A DNA stretch of 64,000 nt from Euprymna scolopes (taxonomy: Eukaryota). Position 1 is the first letter of the stretch. Every line of letters starts with the position of its first letter. The translations under genes were made by a program, and so were the position numbers. The stretch lies in assembly GCA_053919585.1 (NCBI GenBank), contig CM132813.1, one strand, 5' to 3'. Positions 41,795 to 55,795 of the stretch are shown one piece after another. The notes beneath the pieces were generated by a model. That model was given only the letters and a program-made list of their open reading frames with translations, ran no database searches and was not told the DNA's origin.

Positions 41795-41845
41795 ATGTGT
41801 GTGTGTGTATGTATATATAGCAAGTTATAAAATATATATGGCGAT

Positions 41846-41900
41846 TAAGCTACACTGATATTCCGCATTTCATCCGCTCTAGGACTCTTCAGACTTATGC
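41846..41900 (-). ncRNA. Type I hammerhead ribozyme (left arm of palindrome)
   Basis: Minus strand: taagt CTGAAGA gtcc-tagagc-ggat GAAA tgc..gtg TA gctta; core intact, stems closed with G-U pairs. Confidence 0.7.
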
Positions 41901-41912
41901 ATAAGCTGCTCG

Positions 41913-41968
41913 GCATAAGCCTGAAGTGTCCTACAGTGGAGGAAACGTGTAATATTCGGTGTAGCTTA
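41913..41968 (+). ncRNA. Degenerate type I hammerhead ribozyme (right arm of palindrome)
   Basis: taagc CTGAAGt gtcc-tacagt-ggag GAAA cg..tg TA gctta; stem I perfect, core A9 and the first stem II pair mutated. Confidence 0.6.
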
Positions 41969-42128
41969 ATCGCCATATATATATTATAACTTACTAACTA
42001 GCTCTACCTACGTATGGAGCAATTTTAAAGTAAATACTTAAAGTTTACGCATACATTTATATTTTCGTATATTAATTTTTATGTGAGTAAATGACTATAT
42101 ACATATATACATATATATTATATATATA

Positions 42129-42187
<59 letters not shown>

Positions 42188-42385
42188 GGCTTTGGGTTTT
42201 AGCGATATGTTTTGACTGAATTCAATTATTTACGAAAGTGCATTTTTATCCTAAATGCGAGCTGGGAATAATTTCCCCTTTAACCAATTTGGTAGCCCCA
42301 CATGGGGTGCAATTTAAATATATTAGTTTTTTTTATTTTTTTTTTATTTTTGTGGATATTTACATTTATAAAATAATATGTATAC

Positions 42386-42423
<38 letters not shown>

Positions 42424-42506
42424 AATCGAAACCGTTTTATTAATAAAAAGAACATATACGTTACTTCAATGCTGTACAAGTCTAGATTTTTTTTTAACAT
42501 TTGCAG

Positions 42507-42815
42507 TGTTATTAAATGGGCTGGTAAACAGCAACACAAATAAACCAAATACAATCCGCAAAAGTCCAGCTGGAATTCCTCACTGAACACTTTCTCTCTT
42601 AACTTCCAGCACGTCTCCCCCACTGCTCCTGCTAAAAAACATTTTATCAGAAAACTGACCCCATTCTATTTGCATACATGTGCAGTGGCAGATGAGATCT
42701 CGTGAGATTTCACGAGACTACAGCTTATGAATCCATAACAGCTATCTTTCATTTCTCTTTCTCTCAGATCCCATCCGAAAGTAAGTTTTATGACCGAACG
42801 AGACACCCACACACA

Positions 42816-42874
<59 letters not shown>

Positions 42875-45623
42875 GGGCGCTTTCCTCTTTGATTATTACA
42901 TTCAACTCTACACGCCCCCTTGGTCTTCAGACCACACGCTTGGCATAGCGGACGCGGTCGTTTGTTACGGGCACTCCTACCAAGGGGGATTTGCTGGACC
43001 ACTTCATCTTCATTGGATCTTTCAGAAGATGTGTCGGAATCATTAGCACCAGCGTTAGGGCGTACAGTCATTCCATCAGGCTGAACTTCTTCAGCTTCAT
43101 CGAAGCTCTAAGAGGGGGTGCTGGAACTATCGCCGTCAGCGTTGGGGTTCACAGTTGTAGTATAGCGGGGAATAGGGCGGATCAACAGGTCATCGTTAGG
43201 CGATTCACCATCACTGCTACTCGCCAACTGGTTCGTATTCAGGGCAGGCCGGATATCATTCACATGGCGTCGCATACCATTGACTAGCACGGTTTGCTCA
43301 CTGGTAATGCCAGTGATTCGCCCTCTTTGAAAGCTGCTGGTGCATCGATTATTGTGAGGCTTTACCCAAACAGTGTCCCCTAACTGAAGGGCCTTCGGGT
43401 TTCCTGCCGATCAGGATGACGGGCGTCAATGCCCTTGATGCGCACTCGATAGCAATGGCTCCCATTGGTAAGTGCGCTTGCAGCAGTCATGCCATCCTTT
43501 GGATTTGCATTATATCTATTGATCGCCTTTGTGATCGTGCATTGTTTTCTTGCTGCGATCGTGATCACGCTTTGATGGCACCGCTCTGCTATGCCGTTGT
43601 CACTTAGTACATATGCACATCTGTGTCTGAGCTGGATCCCTCACTCGTCTACGAAACGTCTGGACTCCCCAACTGCAGAAGGCCGTGTCATTGTCTTTGA
43701 TGATCTCTTCAGCCGGCACCCTTTCATAAAATATCGACTGCAATTAACGTATTAAACTGGAGGAATCTTTTCTTATAAACGGGCGCCAGATTGCAAACCT
43801 TGTCGGTCCACAATCGATCAGAGTGAGGAAGTGCTGGTTCCTGGTTTTCCGACACTTCCATGCGGCTGTACAATAAAGTATTGCTGATCAATCTTCAAAG
43901 CAGCACACACTGAAACCTTCTCCTGAAACTGTATCACCCCCGTCTGCGTTATGTGAGCACCACCTCGGGCTCTGATGGCGTCATAGCCTAGGAGCAGGTC
44001 AAAGCTGAGCGGTTTCTCGAGTACTACCAGCGCCCCGATGTTAGCTGAATTTCCAGTTTTAGTGCGAATGTTCACAGTGCCGACCCCGCAACATGTTAGC
44101 GTCGCTCCACTGAGGGTGATTAATCCAGTAGTCTTATTCTTCTAAGTGCAGCAGACGTCCGCACTGACTACGGTGCGAGAACACCCAGAGTCGAAGAGTG
44201 CTGAGCACAGTGTCTCATTGGCATAGACCTGAATGGTCGAAAGCGCGTCATCTAATTTCTGGTTGGGGAAGAGGTCGACGCTGGCACCTTGTTTTCCGAA
44301 CAATCCCGGGCCAAACGACCAGTCTTATTACATCGGTAGCAGCAAATAGCTGTCTGGCGCCGCTGGCAGTTCCTGAAAATGTGTCTCTGGTCATTGCACC
44401 TATAACCTATGACTTCACCGCGAAGGACGGGCCCCTGGGACGGTATATCCTGATTTAATGTGCGCTGTGCATCAGCGACTACCGGCTCTCCCATCTCATA
44501 ATTATTTTTCATGACGGTCCTGGCCCGGTCGACCAGGTCGTTAAGCGACAATGAAGCTATGCTTTAGCTAGCCCGCAGGAGTTGTTTTTCTCCGCTTGGG
44601 AGCCCTGCCAAAAATTTGCATCTCAAGGCCCGTTCAGGCAGCCCACGAAACAACACGGTCAATTTCGTAAACTCGGCCAAATAAACGTCGACAGTTTAAC
44701 CGGGATGCAAAGTTTTTTCCTCAAATTGCTCCCAAAAAGTGGTGGGCTAGATAATGCCGCCTTGATCCTTTCGTAATCCGGTTTTTCCTAAGGACTAAAC
44801 TGTTGATATACTGCAAAAGCCCCACTGGACAGGCGTAGAGGAACCACATGTTCAACGTTCTTCACACTAGAAAACAAGCCAATGCAGTTCCACCTTCTCC
44901 ACCCAGTCAAGTACCACGGTCGAGCCGTCGAATTCCGGTATATTTAAGGTCGAATGTGTCCACTAATAATAACAAATAGCTTGTCGTTAAATGGGCTAGA
45001 CAAAGAAAATAAACCAAATACAATACGCTAATGTCCAGCAACAATCGTCACTGACAACTTTCCCTCTCAACTTCAAGCACGTCTCTCCCCACTGCCTCTG
45101 CCAACAAACATTTTATCAGATAAATGACCCCATTCCATTCGCATAGGAAGATGAGATCTCGTGAGATTCCACAAGACTACACCATATAAATCCATGGCTG
45201 CCATCTTTAATTTCTCTTTATCTACGATCCCATCAGAAAGTAAGTTGTATGGCCGCATGACACACACACACGGTGGCGATTTTCAAGCACGTGTGCCCCC
45301 ACGACGTGAACACCCTCGACAGACCCGACAAGCTGCAAAATCCCACCCCCACACTGTAGAGATCTCTAGATGTAAAAGATCTTTCTACTCTAGTAGTTTC
45401 TTCCCCAGAACTGCTAGACTTTGGAATTCCATTCCAGGTCACTGCTTCCCCAACTGTACTGACATGCATAAGTTCATGTGCAACGTGAACCAACATCTCG
45501 CTGCCCTAATCCCTACATAGTGCCCCAGTAGATGTTTCCCCTGATAGTAGCCCCCTACACCAAAGTGGCAATGTGCCTTGTTTGGGGTGAAAATGTAATA
45601 AAAAAAAAACATTACACTTTACA
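42507..45623 (-). mobile_element. Ty3/Gypsy LTR retrotransposon (Mag-like), internally deleted and old
   Basis: Diverged LTRs 42507-42912 and 44982-45623; PPT aagggggcg next to 42912; TSD TGCAG/CGCAG; gag with two Zn knuckles (YRCNDQRH..NC, CYRCNKTG..ARDC); protease ALFDSGCSRTVV and DLLLGYD; integrase remnants (SNGIAERCHQSV). Confidence 0.88.
45285..45609 (+). mobile_element. 5'-truncated LINE 3' end (CR1/L2/Jockey group) inserted in the Gypsy LTR
   Basis: ORF end RQTR..SHPHTVEISRCKRSFYSSSFFPRTARLWNSIP..FP...NVNQHL, then a short UTR and an A-rich tail at 45600-45609. Confidence 0.85.
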
Positions 45624-45680
45624 CGCAGGCGAATAAACAATGTCCAATTTATAGCTGCACACGAATACACACACGCGCTC

Positions 45681-45730
<50 letters not shown>

Positions 45731-46269
45731 GTTATGTTTTATATTTTATAAGTAGGTTTATATATGACATATATATATAAATATATATATATATAGGTAT
45801 GTTATATATAACATACCTATATATATAAAATGTTATATATATCCCCATATAGATGTATAGATATAACAANNNNNNNNNNNNNNNNNNNNNNNNNNNNNNN
45901 NNNNNNNNNNNNNNNNNNNNNNNNNNNNNNNNNNNNNNNNNNNNNNNNNNNNNNNNNNNNNNNNNNNNNNNNNNNNNNNNNNNNNNNNNNNNNNNNNNNN
46001 NNNNNNNNNNNNNNNNNNNNACTGTAAAATAGAGATTTACAAATAGTTTTCATTATTTGTCAGAATACTCTAAATCTGGTGTTAGTTAATGTTTAATCCG
46101 CGGAGTTTAAAGAATGATAATTCTTTTCATCAGAGGAAAGACTGTTAGCAAAATTATTAGATAGTCATAGTAAATATTAGAATGCATTAGATGAAATTAA
46201 ATGCTTCATGAATTTTCGTCAGAAAACTTTACAAAACAAAATAACATAAATGTAGAAAACAGTTCAGTG

Positions 46270-47658
46270 TTTTAAGCAACTTTATTGCTGGGGACTTTCT
46301 TTTTTCCGCCTCAATTTGGAGTTTTTATTTTAATTGACGTAAACACTAGACTATTTCACTTAAAAGTAAAATATGAACAGGTAGCATTATAAAGGAATAA
46401 AAGGCGACTCCAAATAGGTTAAAAAATTTAAATGTTGCATTAAATTTAGCTTAAATTTGCAGTATTTGAAAAAATTACAAGTGCGGAGTTTCTTTTTGCC
46501 AGCATTGTACATATATAAACACCAACAGTGTTCGTGATGCCTCTAAATCTCGTCATATGAGAATGACTTCTAACAGGGAGGACAATGCTATCACGATCCA
46601 CAGCCTAAGAAACAGACCTGAAACTGCCCCCCAAATCCACCAAAGATGCAATCTTGTTAAAAAGTGATCTCTTTCTACTGTCATAGACAGATTAAAGGAA
46701 TTAAACTTGCGAGAATATGTTGCAAGACGCAAGCCAATGATTTCTGTAAAGAACAGAAAGCGCCATATAGACCCATCAGATGCAATGAAGATCATTGGTC
46801 AAAAGTGGCTTTAGAGACGAAAGCAAGTTCAATAGACTAGGCAGTGGTGGTAAGTAGTAGGCCCGTCGGAAGAAAGAAAAGAAGTTAATCCAAGGTGCTT
46901 AGTTTCAATGATACAAGGTGATGGTATTTCGGTTTTGCTATGGGGCATTATTAGTGTCAATGGTTCAGGGCCTATAGTTCTTTTACAATGTCACATTAAT
47001 TCGACCAAGTACAGTAATATGTTGACTGAGAATTTTTTACCCTACTATGATCGGAATTTGGATTATAATCATATCTTCATGCAGTATAACGCTCCCATTT
47101 ACACAGTTTGCAATGTCAAGAAGTTACTGGAAGAGCATGATATTACGTGTTTCGATTGGCCTGCACAATCTCCAGACCTCAACCCTTTCGTAACGTATGG
47201 CATTACATCAAGCAAGAGCTTCGCAATGGTAACATTTTTTAATTTGAAAGAACTTTAGACAGAAATTAAAGAAAATTGGGATGCCCTTTACCTGGAGTAT
47301 TGCTGCAATCTAATGCAAGGACTTCTCAAAAGATTGCAGGTTGTCAAATTGCAGAAGGGTTATGTTACTAAATATTAACTAGTTAATTGTGTTCCTGTTG
47401 TATTTGTGTTTCCTTACTGTCCTAAAATTACAATTTTACATTGTGCGGACTTTCTTTTTGCCTCCTAAATTTGAAGAATTGTTTTTATTGACGTGAACAC
47501 TAGAATATTTATATTCAAGTCAAATATGAACAGTTAAATGATAGAAGAATAAAAGACTAACCAAATGAGGTATAGTTTGTTTAAACATATTAAATTTAGC
47601 TTAAATTTGCACTTTTTGAAACAATGACAAGCACAGGCTTTGTTTTTGCCGCATATGC
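46270..47658 (+). mobile_element. Second, rearranged copy of the IR/DR Tc1 family
   Basis: Transposase remnant 46520-47375 (LLWGIIS..G.GP, FMQYNAPIY, DWPAQSPDLNP) is similar to 9960-10810; TIR copies at ~46285-46508 and ~47443-47658 lie in the same orientation. Confidence 0.88.
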
Positions 47659-47733
<75 letters not shown>

Positions 47734-48025
47734 AGTGGTATTGCGAAATCCATAATGTGTGCAAACATTAAACATTTTATAATTAATGACTGTTTTTATG
47801 GACATATCATTATATTATATAAAACAGCTGAGTGTTACTTTTTTTCAATTTGATCAACGTATTCTGGCAATTAATATTCTAAGACGTAATGAACTATTCA
47901 TTCCTGGGTATTCCTCATGCAAAATCCACATTCATTTTTATTTTCAATATACATCATTTTTATGTTTTGATCGTGCTCGGGACGTCATATTTAGGTTACT
48001 AGTTGTTAGTATTGTATTATCAATT

Positions 48026-48060
<35 letters not shown>

Positions 48061-48068
<8 letters not shown>

Positions 48069-48765
48069 CGAAAATGGGTGTATGTGTGTATGTATGTTCG
48101 CTCTTTGTGTATGTGTGTAAAAGGCTTTTTTCGCTTGATTCTCGGTCGGCTCGTTCCTTCTTAAAACTTTTTATATCACGTCTAAATGGTAATATCTACG
48201 AGTTAACAACGAGTGTCGCCTGTCTATTTAATTTGCTCGACTTTGAAAAGATAAATAGTCGACATTCCTCGATTGTCGCATGTGAATTAAGCTTTTCCGT
48301 ATAAAAAAAGCGAAACTAATTCTGGCGACATTTTTCCGGATACATCCGAAGCAATCAGTTTTGATCGATGTGGAGTTTCTCCTCATATCAAAGAATTGCT
48401 ATTCAATTTGGGCAACCCCCTTTTTATATGGAGCTGGTTTTCCCCACAATATCTTTGGGAAACAAAAAAAATATCCTATATTGTCCCGCAGTCAAAGCTG
48501 ACATCATTAAACACGGGCACCTCCAGCTTTTTATATTTGAATGAGTTAAAACATACTTCCGTGTATATTTCGTGGTGGTCGCACGTGTACTTTCACACTT
48601 TAATTTCAAATTCCGACTCAAGGGTTCGGGGTCGGTTCTTCATACTTACCTACCGAATATTTTTTTTTATTATTTTACACCCCCGCCGACATAAACACCC
48701 GGGTGTTTTGATTTACTCCCAACAACACGAACCTCCAAACGGGCAACGCCGGGTACCCCCGATAG
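48061..48765 (+). mobile_element. Non-autonomous Helitron-like element
   Basis: Starts in (TA)n with ataaagcgaaaatgggtgtatgtgtgtatgt; ends cgggcaacgccgggtacccccgATAG|T (degenerate CTAG). Confidence 0.6.
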
Positions 48766-50926
48766 TCATTTATAAAGTACAATCTTTTGCAATATTTTCA
48801 ATGTTTTGTTATTATGTTTCCTATTTCGGGTTGAATGTTTATCTGAAACTTTATTACATTTATTTAAAACTTGCAATTTTACACGTGTTTCTCCTATGAT
48901 ATTATCTTGAAATAATTATAGAAAAATTATAGTACAAAATTGAAGGTGAATTTTTATATATTATTGAGTTGGAAAAAATTAATGTCCTTTTGTCTAACAC
49001 AATTTCTTCATCTAGAAGGCTCACAATACTCCATTTAAATCTTTAGAACAATTTGCCAAGTAAACAATTAGATTTTAGATACTTCTTGCAAAAAGTCCTT
49101 TGTTATTTAGAAAATACAAACTAGATTCATTTCTAAGTTACTCACAATTTTATTTGGTACGTGATTCTGCAAAGACCAGAAAAGTAATAGCCAGATCAAG
49201 CATTATCAAGTGAATAAGGCAGATAAAACAACAATTCTCAAGTGCAAATCCTGGCATTTTCCTTAGTTAGGTGCACCGTTATCATATTGAAAAAGTACAT
49301 GTTTTTTTATTGGGTAATGCTACACATTTTATGATGCAGTTCTTAGATCATCTAGATGCGAACACGACTTTCATGCTGTGCTTGTTTGGTTTCGTTCAAG
49401 TAACTCATAATAAATCAGTCCTTTTATCTTTTACCATCGAGTGGGTATACCCTTCTTTGTGAATAGTCCTACTTTTGGAAGAGTGTGTGGATTTCGGTTT
49501 CGGTTTCACCACTGTCTCTGACATTGCGTATTCTAGTAAAGGACCTACTTCCTATCTCCTGTAACTATTCCTTGCCAAAATGCTTCTAGACGATTACTAA
49601 CTTATTATTTAGTTGAGCCTTCGAAATATCTTGGAGAATCTTGGGTTTATCTTAGTATTTTTACTTACTCGTAAATAATGAAATGGTTATAGTATGGAAT
49701 GTATCATATCTGAGGCAGAAGGGTCCTTCGTATTAAATCAACGTTAGGTTTTTGTAAAACAGGAACGCGTTCGAAATTAATATTCATATTTATAGCACGG
49801 TTGAATCGTTATAGATGATTTTGCAATTTACACTTTTATTCATACCATTATGAAGCCCTACTTTTATAAAACCAATAGAGGGTTTGTCGTATGCAATGTA
49901 GACTAAAATGGATTGCGGATTTAGTCACAGCATGTGAAGATTCCTCCGAATGCACCACGGTTGTTCCCTTCTGTTTCATTTAAAAAAGAAATTCAAGAAA
50001 TTATCATCGCACAAGTATGGAGGTCTGGCATCTAAAACGAACACGAGATTATTTGATGTGACAGGTGCGCATTCGTATTGAATGTTTCTATTTCAATCAG
50101 AATTAAACAATGATAATTTATGTTGAATTTTAAACTATACTTCAAGCTATTATCATCGATAAAGCAGATACTCTAAAGAAGCTATCGGTGATTTTAAATG
50201 TCATTATTTTAGTCTTGTTTGGTAATTATATATCTCAACTTCACTTGTAATGTTAGGCTGTGTACGTTGCTTTGGTCAAAATCGCCTTTCCTTCATCAGA
50301 TTATGTAGACCATCGCTTAGCGATAATGTTTTAAAACATTTTGTTCAAAAGCTATGTAAAATCACTCTCCAGAAAGATAGATTTATGTCGTGTGAAATTT
50401 GCTATAAACCAACTCGGCTATATTCATATAGAATACAAATCATTGAATAAAATTAGTCGATGTTATCAGGTTCCAGGTTTGTTGAAAATGTCCTCATGGA
50501 CGGAAAATTCCGAGTCTGTTCAGTAGAACATCCAGTAGAGAATCGTTTGTAACAGGCAATACTACTTTACGAATTGAGAATTTTATATTTATTCTTCCTA
50601 ATTTGGTCTCTTATATATACTCTATTATGTACGTTAGGAATTTTTCAATCCGCTTAATCGACTGTTTCTCTTTTTATATCGTTCTTTTTTCATATCACAT
50701 CAATTTTATTTTTACATATTCCATGTGAAAGCTTGGCTCCTTAGTTGTACTATCAGAAAACAATATTTCATACACTTTAAGCACTTATATTCGTCTACAT
50801 GAAGTACTCTTAAGAGTCTCTTTTAGTTCGTACTATTCTAACTCATAATTTGCATGCTCATCCAGAACTTTATTAATAACCTGTAATACTCACCAGAGTA
50901 GCAAGCGCCCGCGTATTTGTGCATTG

Positions 50927-51262
50927 TGTAGATGTGCGTGCGAGCAGTGGTGTGATGGTGGAGAGGTGGACTTGCCGCAGGGAAGTGCTGGGTGGGAAAA
51001 GAAAAAAGATGGCGCCTGGTGTTTCATAAACTGTGGTTTCGCAAGATCGCGATCATCACGAGAAAAGAGAGGGCACACATGCAAATGAGACAGGGTGAAA
51101 AAACTGCATAAAAAGCAAGCTCGAGTGAGAGGATCGGAGAGTGTCGTTTACATTCACGAGGTTATTGTATTGTGACGATTGAACTTGAATTCCATACACT
51201 ATCCTCTGCACTACCTTCCACAATCTAAACAGAATATAAAAAAAAATTGACCCGCTTCTACA
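50927..51262. mobile_element. Solo LTR (336 bp)
   Basis: TGTAGA...TCTACA inverted termini; flanks ATTG/ATCG form a 4-bp TSD with one transition; GC-richer than its surroundings. Confidence 0.65.
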
Positions 51263-52792
51263 ATCGCCTTAGGTCTGCAGAATAACAATTCTATAGAATT
51301 CATACAAATGTTATGAATTAAATTTTAATATTAAATGACTAGAATTTTATAAGGCAAATTACATAAAAAAGATAAATATTCCTATAAAATACTTCTATCT
51401 AAATAGTTTTTAAAAACTCTAATTTATATTAGTAATAATCATGTTTTAATAATATTGCCTCAGGCACTCAAGCAAGCAATGTTCTTAATGTAAATATTTG
51501 AGATTTTCTATGTTTTTTCTTTATAATTTATAGACTACACATAGGACATTTTTCAATCAATCTCATTATTTCAGCGGTTATTTATTCATTCAAAATGTTA
51601 TCAAATGTTTTTAGTACTTCATAGGTTATCGAATCATGTAGTTTCATTTCTCTCAATTTTAATATTCTCTCCTATAAATTGCCAAATATTATATATATAT
51701 ATATTTCTCTATTTAATTTGAAAAATGTTTATTATATTGGTTTTAATCTAGCCGATAATTTGATTTATTTAAATTTAACTCCATTCTTTGAAATTTTACA
51801 AGTCACATCAAAATTTATAGACAATCGGCACTATTGTTCTATTGTCTCTCTTTCACATACACTTCCTATCCCTCTAACGTTTATCTTTTATCACCGTCAC
51901 CCACACGTTCTACTAAAATAACATCTACTTTGAAGTGATTTTTCTTTCATTTTCCCCCTTCCCATTTATTGAATTTCTTACTCAGATTATAAAGTAGAAC
52001 TTATTTTCCCCTTCTTTTGTATGCTTTATTTTGAGACTTGAAACATTTTCCTATGCCAGTTTTATGAAAAAATAACGTCTCTTTTTCTAGTCCACAATTT
52101 TTATCTTTATTTTTAAACTGCTTTAAAATTAACATATTTAACCTGTTTTCAATTTCAATTGATTTTAACGCGGATAATTTTCATAAACATATCTAACAAC
52201 CACTCATCCTTATTATTTCCAATATTTAATCAAATCTCCCTTATAAAGAAAAGTAATGGTGTGGGAAAAATAGAGAAGGGTAACCGTAAAAACATGCTCA
52301 TTTATCTCTGTTGTGCCGGCTTAGAAGGAAAAACAAAAAGATCGAAGATGATGATCGTGATCTTTTTATGTCTATGATCATTAACAGTTCTCAAAAAATA
52401 GCGTCTCACACGTGATTTTTGAAGTGTTACTGGTACCATAAAATCAGGTTGCTGGGAGGAGTCGGCAGAAGCGTTCAGATCTGTGTGGAGTGAACATCTT
52501 CAGACTTTTCCTTTTCGTCCAGTGGGCTTGAAGACAACGATATTGTAGTCGGTCAAGAAGCAAGTCAGCAGAACAGTGTTGCATAGGCTGCCAGTTCTAA
52601 GAAAAACGCGTTCAGAACTGTATAGATTGAACATCCTGATGCGACACAGATTTTCCGGTTCAGATACGAGATACAGCTACAGTCCCATAATGCTGTCCGC
52701 TTAGAAATTTAAAAACTTAATAATAGTATATTAAATCTATTAGTAAAATACTCTCATCTATCCATCTATCTCTCTATCTATCTATCTATATA

Positions 52793-52839
<47 letters not shown>

Positions 52840-53198
52840 GTGTGTGTGTGAGGGTGTCGGTGTGGGTGTGTGCGCATACATAACTATCTAGAGAAATATG
52901 TGTGTATTTATTATCAGCTTTTTTATCCAAATATTGCACGAGTATTTATCATTAAGAATATATGCATGACTATAATTATGCGTAACACTAAACTAATGAT
53001 GACTATCCCATAAGGAAATGGAAAAACGAAAATGGAATTTGTGAAAACGAATATTAAAAATGTGCAAAATAGCTAGATGTTTTGCAGATAAATGCAACTT
53101 CACGACCGATGTAAACGAAATTGGTATTTTATATTTTTATATATAGAAATTATTTCAATATGAGTATCAATATTCAGAAAAAACAAATTTATAGGAGC

Positions 53199-53234
<36 letters not shown>

Positions 53235-53300
53235 ACTTGTGTTTGTCTGTTTGCATGTATTTATATATAAAAACGATATATATATATGTATATATATATT

Positions 53301-53354
<54 letters not shown>

Positions 53355-53896
53355 AAACTCATCATATCAACGGGTAAGGGGGGCAGAAAATACGTTTAGG
53401 GTTTGCAACAAAATGCCTGTTTATAAGTAATGTTTTCTTAAACGATAACAAACTATAAGCGTAAACGCATTTAATATACGTGTCCTCTCTTTGAAAACTC
53501 GAAAAAACCTGCCAATGTCTCGTTTGGCGAGAACTGACAAGACTTGAGAGTATCAAGGTGACATATACATTCAGAATCACGGTTTTTTATTACAGCAAAT
53601 TGCGATGCTTCTATCATTGATAGGGGAGTCTTTTTACTTTTCTGCGATCGACTCTCAGAAGGTTTAACATTTCCAAGTAAGCATACATTCCCACTAGAAA
53701 AGAAAGAAAATAAAATAAAAACTAAACTAAGAGAAATAATGTAGTTGGCATAGACGGCGGACAAAATTTGTCCACTATTTTATTTTATCTAATATTCGGG
53801 TTTTGCAAGTAACTGACATTTTTCATTGCTTAGGAAAGTGAAACATAAATAACATAAACAAAAGCTGATGAAACCAAAAAAAAAAAAGAGCAAGGA

Positions 53897-53939
<43 letters not shown>

Positions 53940-54898
53940 AACTCCTTATCGATGTCTACCACTTCTCCAGAGGAGAAACTATTTACAATATTTATAACAG
54001 TTTACACCTTATTTGTTAAAATCAGTGAGCCATGGAATTAAAAATTTATTGGGTAATTAAAAGTCATAAAATAAGAGAAGTTAAAGAAAAGGAAAGAAAG
54101 TAAACATCCAAATTGCACGGTAAAATCCGAAGTGAATGTCTTTGAAAGCAGTCTGATAAAATAATATAAACGGTATTTTGGGTAATCCACCTCACAATGT
54201 AATGATCAGAATTGGGCATTTTATTTGAGCAATTTTCCTTTGTTATATAATAGGTCATGTGAAAAAGGGTGTATTATATATAGGTCCGGTGAAGCTGTTT
54301 ATTAATAAAAATATAAATTTATATATTTAATATTTTATACCCATATAACATAAACTTAAAATTCCATTCTAAAATAACTTTCAAATTGTTAATAAAATTA
54401 AAAATTAAAACATTAAAAAAAATAAAGCCGCTTTAGCAGACAGACCAAGAAAAGTGACAGAAACTGAAGTGATACGAAAAAACAAAAATAAAAGAACAGA
54501 AAATGTTTGCGCGTAAAAAACGTAGACACGAAATCCTATATGGTAAAAGAGTTAACATATTTCCAATGTATTCTTTGTCTTACATAGAATAATAAAAGTC
54601 TTTTGATCTGAAATTAAAACATTTCACGTCATAAATTTGTACATTTATTGAATAACTAACATTTAATTCATTTGCTCTATCTTGTATATAGAGCAATTCT
54701 TATTTAATAGGTTAATACTAATAGAATATAAATGCCTATAATATTTTGTAAATCTCATAATCACAGAGTTCCATACCAGTTGATAGCGCCATAATGCTCG
54801 AAATTGTTCGACTGGTATGGAAACAATTGTAACTTAAAATGAAATACACTTTCTGTTGCTATCAATTCATTTTTGGAAGTCTTGGTTTTGTTAATAAA

Positions 54899-54967
<69 letters not shown>

Positions 54968-55751
54968 GTGAAAAAATGTTTACTTGCTCGATATATAATT
55001 AAATAAAATAGAATTGACTTAAGACTGGAAACATATGCGTAGTTTAATACGAATATTAAATGTAGGAAACGTCACGTAATATTTTGCACTTATCACTGAC
55101 GCTAATCAAGTTATTATAGAATTAAAGATTGTGAATCTTAAAACTGATTACTTTAATTTGTATGTAATACGATTATCACGTAAATGGTTGTCACTGCAAC
55201 CTCAAGACTAATGAATTATATGCACTCGAATATTAATTATTCTTATCAAGTCTTAGAAATCAATGACTCTCACGAAACGCGTATTTCCCTAATGTTTTAA
55301 TAATCTGGTAATATTAATGAGATATGGAGATTTTTTTTATTTGCATCACCATTATTAAATGAGTAAAATTAGTTAGATCGTTTCAACTTATTTAAGTTCG
55401 AAAATAATGTCAGCTTTTAATGGACGATTACTAGCTGGGTGAAAGCAAATGCGTGTCATATCTAACAGATTATGATTTATTATACACAAATGATGAATCT
55501 GTTTTCAGCATGTATGTAACATTGTGGTAAAAGAGTTTTGAAGCTCATGCGTTTACCCATCGGACTTAGCGTTTATAAGAATGAAGTCTAAGTATTTACA
55601 TATCCCTTGTCAAGAATGAGATTAAGTCCAACTCGGCTAATTCAAATGCTCACACACATGCAATTAATTCTTCTTCCAGGACGGTTGATAGATTATGACT
55701 GACAAGCTTTTGCATGCTTTCCAATAGATATATATTTTGTTTTTACATTTT

Positions 55752-55795
<44 letters not shown>

